From: Macrostomum lignano
Taxonomy: Eukaryota
Reading direction: 5' to 3'
DNA length: 64,000 bases
Assembly: GCA_002269645.1 (NCBI GenBank)
Contig: NIVC01000020.1
Location: forward strand, 434,001 to 498,000
Shown here: positions 46,573 to 56,379 of the stretch, one piece after another
Layout of the letters: the number at the start of each line of letters is the position of its first letter
How positions within the stretch are numbered: position 1 is the stretch's first letter
Translations under genes and position numbers: made by a program
Notes under the pieces: generated by a model
The model's input: the letters and a program-made list of their open reading frames with translations, nothing else
What the model was told of the DNA's origin: nothing
Databases searched by the model: none

Positions 46573-47136
46573 CCCGCAACCAGAGATACCAACGGATCGA
46601 TGAAGTGGCCGGGCGGAAAGGCGGCAAGGAGAGCCCATGTTGACTTTCCGAGGTCAGGAGGGAATCAGAGGCCCGGTTTGCTCAGGCGGCACGGGAAGTT
46701 TCGATTCCAAAAACAAGCAGCCGGGGGCAGCGCACGAACATTCTTCTCTACGAGAGCCACCCTGCCGGCTCTCATTGTTGGCGGGGCTCCGGTCCGCTGC
46801 TCTGCCTCCTGGCGTGCCGGGGGCCGGGCAAATTAGATTGAGCTCGGGGCTTTTTGCCGGTCCGGGCTGAGTGCTCACCGCCCCCTGAACTCAGCGGGCC
46901 GGCCGAGCGGGCAAAACTGGCCGATAATCAGGCCTGATACAAAAATGCAATTTTCGGCTTCTCTCTTCTCTGCATTTCGCTGAATTCTTACCGCCGCCCG
47001 CCCTTGCAGCCGGCAGGGATTGCTGGAGGAATTCGCGGCCCGCAGCCCCCCTATGGCCGGAGCCCGCAGCAACGGCAGCAGCCAATAGCAGCGCGCCAAT
47101 CGCGATAGGGCGAGCCGGGCAGAGAAAAGCGTCGGC

Positions 47137-48645
47137 ATGCTGTACGTGCCCTCCTACATGAGCCCCAGCTCCTATGGAGGCGGCGGGAGCCACTCCAGGG
47201 AGGACCTGAGCATGATCACCTACCAGACCCAGTCACACATCGAGCGGAGCAGCTACAAGTCGCACAACAAGCTAGTTAGATTCGAGCCCAGGACCTCGCA
47301 CCTGCATTTGTACCAGCGGCAATCGAGCCGCGGCTCCGACGACTCGGAAGGGTCAGCAGACGAGGCCGAGCCCGAGCGGCAGCCGCAGCAGCAGCCGCGC
47401 AACCAGCGGCCCCGCTCCCGCTTGGAGGACTCGCCGCAGTCCTCGTCTGCGCAGCCCTCGCCGAGGCAGTTCCGAGCGCAGCCACCGGCAGTTGCGGGCG
47501 CCTTCCACGACTGTCACTTCCTCGGCTGCGAGCGCGTCCGCCTGAACGTGTCCGGAATGCACTTCGAGACCCGCCTGGGCGTCCTGAATCAGCACCCGCG
47601 CACCCTGCTGGGCAACCCGCAGAAGCGGGCCAAGTACTTCGACAGGCGGCACCACGAGTACTTCTTCGACCGGCACCGGCCCACCTTCGAGGCCATCTTC
47701 AACTACTATCAGTACGGCGGCAAGCTGAAGCGCCCGCCGAACGTCACGGACGACATCTTCCTGTCCGAGCTGGAGTTCTACGAGATCGAGCGGGAGGTCA
47801 TCGACGCCTACAAGAAGGACGAGGGCTACATCTCGGAGACTGTGGTGCTGCCCGAGCACCCGGTCAAGCGCAAGATCTGGATGCTGTTCGAGTACCCGGA
47901 GACCAGCACGCCCGCCTTCCTGGTGGCCATCATATCCGTGCTGTTCACCGTCATCTCCATCATCCTGTTCTGCGTGGAGACGCTCAAGGAGTTCAAGGAT
48001 TCGCACTGCGTGGCCCACGAGCTGCCCAACTTCCTCGACCCGTTTTTCATAATCGAGTCCGCCTGCACCGCCTGGTTCACCCTGGAGCTCGTCATCCGCT
48101 TCGCAGTCTGCCCGTCCAAGAAGGCCTTCATCAAGGACATCAAGAACGCCGTGGACTTCTCGGCCATCGTGCCGTATTACGTGACGCTCACCAACGTGCT
48201 CATCACCATGAGCTGCGAGGGCGCCAAGTCCAGCGCCTCGCTCGCCTTCCTCCGCGTGGTCCGCCTCATCCGGGTGTTCAAGCTCACCAAGCACTTCGAC
48301 GGCCTCCAGGTGCTGGTGCTGACCTTCAGAGCGAGCATCGAGGGCCTCGGCCTCTTCCTGGTGGCGCTGATCGTCTGCATTTTGCTGTTCTCCTCCACCA
48401 TCTACTATGTGGAGGCCGAGGTGAAGGGCTCGCAGATCGAGAGCATCCCGGACGCATTCTGGTGGGCGGTGATCACCATGTGCACCGTGGGCTACGGCGA
48501 CAAGGTGCCGAAGGGCCCGCTGGGCATGGTGGTGGGCTCCGTGTGCGCGATCGCGGGAGTGCTGACCCTGGCCATCCCGGTGCCCATCATCACCGAGAAC
48601 TTCAACAAGTTCTACACTCACAAGACGGGCCGTGGCAGGCACTGA
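47137..48645 (+). CDS. Voltage-gated potassium channel, Shaker/Kv1 family, intronless, 502 aa
   Basis: T1 domain ERVRLNVSGMHFET...EYFFDRHRPTFEAI; S1-S6; S4 LRVVRLIRVFKLTKH; pore FWWAVITMCTVGYGD; S6 AGVLTLAIPVP. Strong GC3 codon bias and an uninterrupted ORF. Confidence 0.96.
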   Translation: MLYVPSYMSPSSYGGGGSHSREDLSMITYQTQSHIERSSYKSHNKLVRFEPRTSHLHLYQRQSSRGSDDSEGSADEAEPERQPQQQPRNQRPRSRLEDSPQSSSAQPSPRQFRAQPPAVAGAFHDCHFLGCERVRLNVSGMHFETRLGVLNQHPRTLLGNPQKRAKYFDRRHHEYFFDRHRPTFEAIFNYYQYGGKLKRPPNVTDDIFLSELEFYEIEREVIDAYKKDEGYISETVVLPEHPVKRKIWMLFEYPETSTPAFLVAIISVLFTVISIILFCVETLKEFKDSHCVAHELPNFLDPFFIIESACTAWFTLELVIRFAVCPSKKAFIKDIKNAVDFSAIVPYYVTLTNVLITMSCEGAKSSASLAFLRVVRLIRVFKLTKHFDGLQVLVLTFRASIEGLGLFLVALIVCILLFSSTIYYVEAEVKGSQIESIPDAFWWAVITMCTVGYGDKVPKGPLGMVVGSVCAIAGVLTLAIPVPIITENFNKFYTHKTGRGRH

Positions 48646-48818
48646 GGCCTGCGGCGCCCGAGGCTGGGAGATGCGCTGGCGGAAGCTGGACGGTTGAACA
48701 GGATTTGGGACCATCCGCTGCTTTGTGCAGCCCCCAGAAGGGTCGTGGATCGGAGCCGGAACTTCTCAGCATTTTATAAATTTGATTAATAAAGCTAGCA
48801 ACATCAAAAGTGCACGCT

Positions 48819-49158
48819 GAGCTGATGGGGTCAGAGCCAGCAGCACCAGAATCCCAGAGCTGATGGGGTCAGAGCCAGCAGCACCAGAATCCCAGAGCTG
48901 ATGGGGTCAGTGCCAGCAGCACCAGAATCCCAGAGCTGATGGGGTCAGAGCCAGCAGCACCAGAATCCCAGAGCTGATGGGGTCAGAGCCAGCAGCACCA
49001 GAATCCCAGAGCTGATGGGGTCAGAGCCAGCAGCACCAGAATCCCACAGCTGATGGGATCAGAGCCAGCAGCACCAGAATCCCACAGCTGATGGGATCAG
49101 AGCCAGCAGCACCAGAATCCCACAGCTGATGGGGTCAGAGCCAGCAGCACCAGAATCT
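48819..49158. repeat. 38-bp minisatellite, ~9 copies, downstream of the Kv gene
   Basis: Unit gagctgatggggtcagagccagcagcaccagaatccca. Confidence 0.95.
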
Positions 49159-50119
49159 CAAGTACCTTGACAACCGAATGGCTCTACTTCGCCTCCAGTC
49201 TCCCAGCCTCATCAAAGCCAGCCGTGATCCCCAAAGTGAATCGCTCAGCACTGCTCAGGCTCCCAACGCATTCAAAGCTGACCGTCGTGATGTCCAGATC
49301 GCAACCCCAAGCGTCACGTCACCCCCTGTCGCCCAGGTGCCAACCTCGCATGCCGCCTGACGCCCCTCCCCAAGCCTCCCCAGTCCTCGCAGGCCAGCTT
49401 CATTTCTTCAGAGATTCAATGCATCGACCAGTTCGCAACTGTAAATAAACCTGTGCGGAGGCAGACTCCGCTGGCGCACTTCAGTGCGTCTGCCCGCTGG
49501 GCACTTTTGGCCTTCATTTCAACCTCCTGTGTTTCTCGGCTGCTGGCCGCCGCCTTCCATCTTGCCGGCACCTTCTGCTGCCCCCACGGGCCCCCCAGCT
49601 AAAAATAGCGGAGCCGAACTGCAGCTCCGGGATGCCGCCGCAGCTGCCAGCGGGGAAAAGCGAAATGCACCCGGGAAACACGCCGTGATGGGGGGGTGAG
49701 GCTGGCTGGCGCCTCCTGGGAGGCTGGGCCTCGCCTGTCTTCATCTGCCCAGCGCTGCGGAATACGATAAGCATCTGGCCTAATAAGCTGTTTGGCTCGC
49801 GGCGCGGCAGCCCCTCCGCAGGCTGAGCGGAGCCGCCGGGTCTCCAAGGATCCGCAGGCGGCTGGAAGTGGCCCCCTCTTATTTTCTCCGGCGGGTTCCG
49901 GCGGCAGATAGCGGTGTCCTCGGCTCTCGGCGCTCCCGAACTTATCTGCCCAGGGCTGCGGAGATATTGCAGCTGCCTTTTAATCTCTGCACTCTTCCCC
50001 AGCCCTAGGCATGACTGATTCCCCTGTCTGCCCCCTGCCAAGTACCGCTTTGCTTAATTTTTCCTTCTACATGCAATCTTATCTCTCCCTGCTTGATTCA
50101 TTGCAACACTGCTGCTCTC

Positions 50120-50884
50120 CACTCTCTCCCCTTCTCTCCCTGCTCCCCTTCTTTCCCTGCTGCCCTTCTCTCCCATTCTCTCCCTGCTCCCCTTCTCTCC
50201 CTGCTCCCCTTCTTTCCCTGCTGCCCTTCTCTCCCATTCTCTCCCTGCTCCCCTTCTTTCCCTGCTCCCCTTCTCTCCCTGCTCCCCTTCTCTCCCTGCT
50301 CCCCTTCTTTCCCTGCTGCCCTTCTCTCCCATTCTCTCCCTGCTCCCCTTCTTTCCCTGCTCCCCTTCTCTCCCTGCTCCCCTTCTCTCCCTGCTGCCCT
50401 TCTCTCCCATTCTCTCCCTGCTCCCCTTCTCTCCCTGCTCCCCTTCTTTCCCTGCTGCCCTTCTCTCCCATTCTCTCCCTGCTCCCCTTCTTTCCCTGCT
50501 CCCCTTCTCTCCCTGCTCCCCTTCTCTCCCTGCTGCCCTTCTCTCCCTGCTGCCCTTCTCTCCCTGCTCCCCTTCTCTCCCTGCTCCCCTTCTCTCCCTG
50601 CTCCCCTTCTCTCCCTGCTGCCCTTCTCTCCCTGCTCCCCTTCTCTCCCCTTCTCTCCCTGCTCCCCTTCTCTCCCTGCTCCCCTTCTCTCCCTGCTCCC
50701 CTTCTCTCCCTGCTCCCCTTCTCTCCCTGCTCCCCTTCTCTCCCTGCTCCCCTTCTCTCCCTGCTCCCCTTCTCTCCCTGCTCCCCTTCTCTCCCTGCTC
50801 CCCTTCTCTCCCTGCTTCCCTTCTCTCCCTGCTCCCCTTCTCTCCCTGCTCCCCTTCTCTCCCTGCTCCCCTTCTCTCCCTGCT
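50120..50884. repeat. 17-bp pyrimidine-rich minisatellite
   Basis: Unit ctccccttctctccctg. Confidence 0.93.
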
Positions 50885-51429
50885 CGGCCCTTTCTCTGGC
50901 TTCTTCCATTTTCACCTTTTAATCCACCTTCTCCCGGTCGCTCACTGCTCTGCTCGTTCCTTTCTCCTCAGCCCCATTTACTCACGGGCCGCCCTCCCCA
51001 ATCCGCCCCCAATTAAATCGGGGTCTCACACTCACACCTCCACTCTCAGCTCAGGTCTCAGTCCCGGCCAAATCCTGCCAAATGCAGCAGCTCCCAATGC
51101 CCACTTAAAAACCCGATTGTATCAGCTGCTCGCTACAGCAGACTGCCTGCTGTGGCAGAGACGGGGCACTGGAGCAGACAGGAACTCAAGCAGGCGGAAA
51201 TCGGCAGCTGAGCAGCTTGTGAGCCGCTGCTACAGACAGCTTGGGAGAAAAGGATCTTTGACAGCTCCAGAATGGCTTGAAAACCTGAGTATAATTCTGC
51301 AAATAATGGCGGTGGAAAGAGGCAGCGCATAGTAGAGTCTATAGTCTGTACATGTAGACAGAAAGACAGCAGAGTCTGTAGTCTGTAGATACGAGGCGTA
51401 GATAGACAGATAAAAATGCATATTTTTAG

Positions 51430-52178
51430 CCTGTAGATAGACAGTTACAGCAGAGCCTGTAGTCTGTAGATAGACAGTTACAGCAAAGCCTGTAGTCTGT
51501 AGATAGACAGTTACAGCAGAGCCTGTAGTCTGTAGATAGACAGTTACAGCAGAGCCTGTAGTCTGTAGATAGACAGTTACAGCAGAGCCTGTAGTCTGTA
51601 GATAGACAGTTACAGCAGAGCCTGTAGTCTGTAGATAGACAGTTACAGCAGAGCCTGTAGTCTGTAGATAGACAGTTACAGCAGAGCCTGTAGTCTGTAG
51701 ATAGACAGTTACAGCAGAGCCTGTAGTCTGTAGATAGACAGTTACAGCAGAGCATGTAGTCTGTAGATAGACAGACACAGCAGAGCCTGTAGTCTGTTGA
51801 ATGTAGTCTGCAGACAGACAGACACAGCAAAGCCTGTAGTCTGTTGAATGTAGTCTGCAGACAGACAGACACAGCAAAGCATGTAGTCTGTTGAATGTAG
51901 TCTGTAGACAGACAGACACAGCAAAGCATGTAGTCTGTTGAATGTAGTCTGTAGACAGACAGACACAGCAAAGCCTGTAGTCTGTTGAATGTAGTCAGTA
52001 GACAGACAGACACAGCAGAGCCTGTAGTCTGTTGAATGTAGTCTGCAGACAGACAGACAGACACAGCAAAGCCTGTAGTCTGTTGAATGTAGTCTGTAGA
52101 CAGACAGACACAGCAGAGCCTGTAGTCTGTTGAATGTAGTCTGTAGACAGACACAGCAAAGCCTGTAGCCTGTAGACA
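51430..52178. repeat. Composite 33-bp / ~47-51-bp minisatellite
   Basis: Unit tagatagacagttacagcagagcctgtagtctg, changing at ~51770 to a longer unit with a tgttgaatgtagtc insertion. Confidence 0.9.
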
Positions 52179-53039
52179 GCAACTCAGCGCCACTGTCAGC
52201 ACCAGCTGGGAGGTTCACAAAAATTCTGAAAAAGGAAACTCAATCTCGCAATGCTGCCGCAGCATCCGATGATGAAGTTCCAACTTGGGGGCGAATTCGA
52301 GGCAGTTTTGCATCTTTCATTTTATCACTCTTCAATTTCGATCCGGCATTTATGACTGAAAAGTGCGGCTTGCGGATCTGCAACCCCCGGCATCCCGCAG
52401 AAGCTGGAACAGACGGCAAAGAGGGGCAGAGATTCTTCTTTCGGGCAGGGGGGGGGGAGAGTTGCTGCAAGCGGCCAGCGGCCTGAATGACAGGCAGAAA
52501 GCAGAGTGCGTGGGAGAAAGTGGGACGGGGGGTCAGCAGCTGCGGCCGATAAGGCGGCAAAAGCTGCACCCTCTTATCGCTGCGGCTGGCAGGGCTGGGC
52601 AGCGGGCTGGTGAGGCTGTCAGGCGGCTGCCCTGCTCAGGGCTGACTGCGCACCCGTGCTTGACTGATTGAGGAAACATATCGGCAGTAATGAAGTCGCA
52701 TCGCGTGTGCAATACCGGGAGGCTTTGTGAGGCATTGACTTCCCGGCTCCCTCAGATCCCATTATCCCACTTGTTCTTCATCTCTTCGGCTTCTTGTAGG
52801 ATTCTGGCGGTCGGGGAGCCAGCAGGAGCAGCTGACGGCCGGTCAACACGGCAGCCTCGGACTGAAGTCCTTCGAGGCAGCGGATTGGCGAACTTTGCCG
52901 CTCCACTGCCTTCTGGTGCTCCGGTTTGCATCGGCCTGCTCTCCTCCCCAGTCTCCTTCCCTCATCATCGTGTCAATATTTTTCCACTTATAATCCCCTG
53001 ATGTCAGCTTCCCCCATCTCCGGCACCATAACCCTCTAC

Positions 53040-54085
53040 AAACCATCTCCCCCTCCAAATATCCCCCATTATCTCCATCAACTTCCCCCCCTCCAAATCT
53101 CCCTCATTATCTCCATCAACCTCTCCCCCAATCTCCCTCATTATCCTCATCATCCTCTCCCCAATCTCCCTCATTATCTCCATCATCCTCTCCCCCAATG
53201 TCCCTCATTATCACCATCATCCTCTCCCCAATATCCCTCATTATCCCCATCATCCTCTCCCCAATCTCCCTCATTATCTCCATCATCCTCTCCCCAATCT
53301 CCCTCATTATCTCCATCATCCTCTCCCCAATCTCCTCCTTATCTCCATCATCCTCTCCCTTCCAAATCTCCCTTCTTATCTCCATCAAATCTCCCTCATT
53401 ATCTCCATCAACCTCTCCCCTCCCAATCTCCCTCATTATCTCCATCAACCTCTCCCCTCCAAATCTCCCTCATTATCTCCATCAACCTCTCCCCCTCCAA
53501 ATCTCCCTCATTATCTCCATCAACCTCTCCCCCTCCAAATCTCCCTCATTATCTCCATCAACCTCTCCCCCTCCAAATCTCCCTCATTATCTCCATCATC
53601 CTCTCCCCCAATCTCCTTCATTATCTCCATCAACCTCTCCCCCAATCTCCCTCATTATCTCCATCATCCTCTCCCCAATGTCCCTCATTATCACCATCAT
53701 CCTCTCCCCAATGTCCCTCATTATCACCATCATCCTCTCCCCAATGTCCCTCATTATCTCCATCATCCTCTCCCCCAATGTCCCTCATTATCTCCATCAA
53801 CCTCTCCCCCAATCTCCCTCATTATCTCCATCATCCTCTCCCCCAATCTCCCCTATTATCTCCATCATCCTCTCCCCAATCTCCCTCATTATCTCCATCA
53901 TCCTCTCCCCCAATTTCTCTCATTATCTTCATCATCCTCTCCCCAATCTCCTTCATTATCTCCATCATCCTCTCCCCCAATCTCCCCCATTATCTCCATC
54001 ATCCTCTCCCCAATCTCCTTCATTATCACCATCATCCTCTCCCCAATCTCCCTCATTATCTCCATCATCCTCTCCCAATCTCCCT
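53040..54085. repeat. 33-bp pyrimidine-rich minisatellite
   Basis: Unit caatctccctcattatctccatcatcctctccc. Confidence 0.93.
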
Positions 54086-55196
54086 CATCATTCGATCCTA
54101 ATTTCTCCCAATCTCCCTTTCGGCACCATCGGCCCCTCCCAGTCCTTCGCATTTCACCCAAGCGAAAGGTTTAAATTTCCACAAGTTGCGCCACCCTCGC
54201 CAAAAAGCCTCACCCTGCTGCCGCCCCAGCCTCCAGGACCGGCGTCTCTCTCGCCGCCATTTAACGACCACGCTCGTAAAGCAATCGCCGTGCCACCCCT
54301 CCCCCTTTCCAGACCTCGTAAAGGGAGGCCTATGAGACGGCAAGCAAAGGCTTGGTATGTTGACGCAGGGAAGACGGATCAGGGGTCTGGGGTGGGCAGG
54401 TCAATAAACAGTTTGGCCCGGCACCAGCCCCCCCCCACTTCAGTCAAGCCGCCACCCAGGCTGCGGGCTGCACAGGCGCGGGCAATTCGGGCAGATTTTT
54501 GAAGGGCGCCGATTCTTTCTAGGAAATGCAATGCCTGATTATTCATTTCTGCACTTTTCGTTCCTTCAATCATAATTTATTGCTGCACTTTTTCTTGGAT
54601 GGTCATTATCACTACAATTTGTTTTGGATAATTAATTTTTATTGCTGATTTTAAGTTTAGATAACCATTATTGCACTTTAGTGTGGCTAGTCTTACTTAC
54701 ACAATTACGATCACAACTCATAATTATTTAGAATTTCAGAGGCCAACAGCTCATTCTAACAACATTGGAAACTCAAAAGTCAAAGAAATGCCACTGGCTG
54801 AAACATTTTGGCTGTGACGGAAGGAATTTTTTGTTTTCTTATAAAAATCGATAAAACAGTAACTGAAGAATCATTTATTTCCAATCAGCTGTTCGACTCG
54901 GGTTTCAAGAGATCAAAAAGAGCAGCGCGCACTTTGGTGCCGCGCCGAAGTCAAAGGTGAAAGAATCAAAGTTAGCGCAAAACGGGTTTAAAATATTCGA
55001 AAATCTGTTTTTGAGTTCTGGGCCGGTGATGCAGGAGAGGAAGAAAGGGGGATTCTGAGGTGCAGCTGCATTCCGGGCGGTGAAGGAAGCTGAGCATAAA
55101 TAGTCAGCAGTAAAGTCGGCATCATCAGCCAGAGAGAATTAACAACCCGGCAGCGAATGTTAAAAAAGTAGAAGCGCAAAAATAAACACAGGAATC

Positions 55197-55444
55197 AGAC
55201 AATAAACACAAAACTCATTAACACACATTAAACACAAGCTAACAGACAATAAACACAAAACTCATTAACACACATTAAACACAAGCTAACAGACAATAAA
55301 CACAAAACTCATTAACACACATTAAACACAAGCTAACAGACAATAAACACAAAACTCATTAACACACATTAAACACAAGCTAACAGACAATAAACACAAA
55401 ACTCATTAACACACATTAAACACAAGCTAACAGACAATAAACAC
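55197..55444. repeat. 47-bp minisatellite, ~5 copies
   Basis: Unit aataaacacaaaactcattaacacacattaaacacaagctaacagac. Confidence 0.93.
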
Positions 55445-56048
55445 AGCCAGAGGTGATTAAACCCACAAAAATCTGAAATCAGCAGCACAATAAACACAAA
55501 CCAGCACAATAGAACCAGAGTTAAACACAAGGCTAAACACAACTGCCAGCCGAAAAGCAGGAAATGAACGCAAGACAAATCTCAGAAAAGTTAGCGGTGG
55601 GTGCTGGCGGTGTCGCAGCGGCACATGCACTGCTGCAGTGACGGCCGAACCCCCGTTGTATCTTATTCGGGCTTCCAAGTTCCCAAGCAAATTTTTACGT
55701 TGCTTTTAGCGTGGAAATGAAAATGAATTCCAGCAGGTGGGAGGCCGGCGGCAGGCTGCGAGCTGCCGCCTCTCGCTTTTCGAGTGAAAATGACCCCCTC
55801 AGGGGGTCTCGCCGCTGATGCAGGGGAGAGTCTGGCCTCCCGCTCTGCGGGTTCGGTCTAGCCAAGTCTAGGCTTCGGCACGGCGGAAGAGCTGAGAAAG
55901 CGGGGAGGCAGAGAGATGAACGCTAAGCTACTACGGGTAAGCAAAGCAGGTCGACTGTTCGGGGCGAAAGCAAGCAATTCTACGTGTCTGGGGGGGGGTT
56001 CAACAGTGGTACGTCCTGGGTGCATTGTTGTGACCGTCAGCCGGTTCC

Positions 56049-56379
56049 TCAGTCTCGCTTGACGGCCGAGCCCGAGCGCCGCCTTCGCTGAGAGGCGCCT
56101 CCGCCGCTGCCACCCCCGCCGCCCCCGCCAGAGGCGGACGCGGAGCTCGGCCGGCCGCTGTAGGGCCGCGTGCTGATGCTGATCTTGGCCGGCGACTGCT
56201 TGGACGGCCTGCGGGATTGGGGAAGTACAGTGGCGATATTAAAATCCCAGCTCAGCTTCTACATAATCCCCACTGCTCAGCTCCAACTCACTTCTTCGAG
56301 CCCGCGGTGCCAGCAAACGAATTGGCGGGGTGCAGCGCCACATTCGAGTCGTCGTAGGCTCGCTTCGCGTGCGAGTGGT
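56049..56379 (-). CDS. FN3-Trx gene terminal exons 56292-56379 and 56049-56208 (low-complexity tail)
   Basis: DHSHAKRAYDDSNVALHP...KK|PSKQSPAKISISTRPYSGRP...KRD*; canonical splice sites in phase. Confidence 0.7.
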
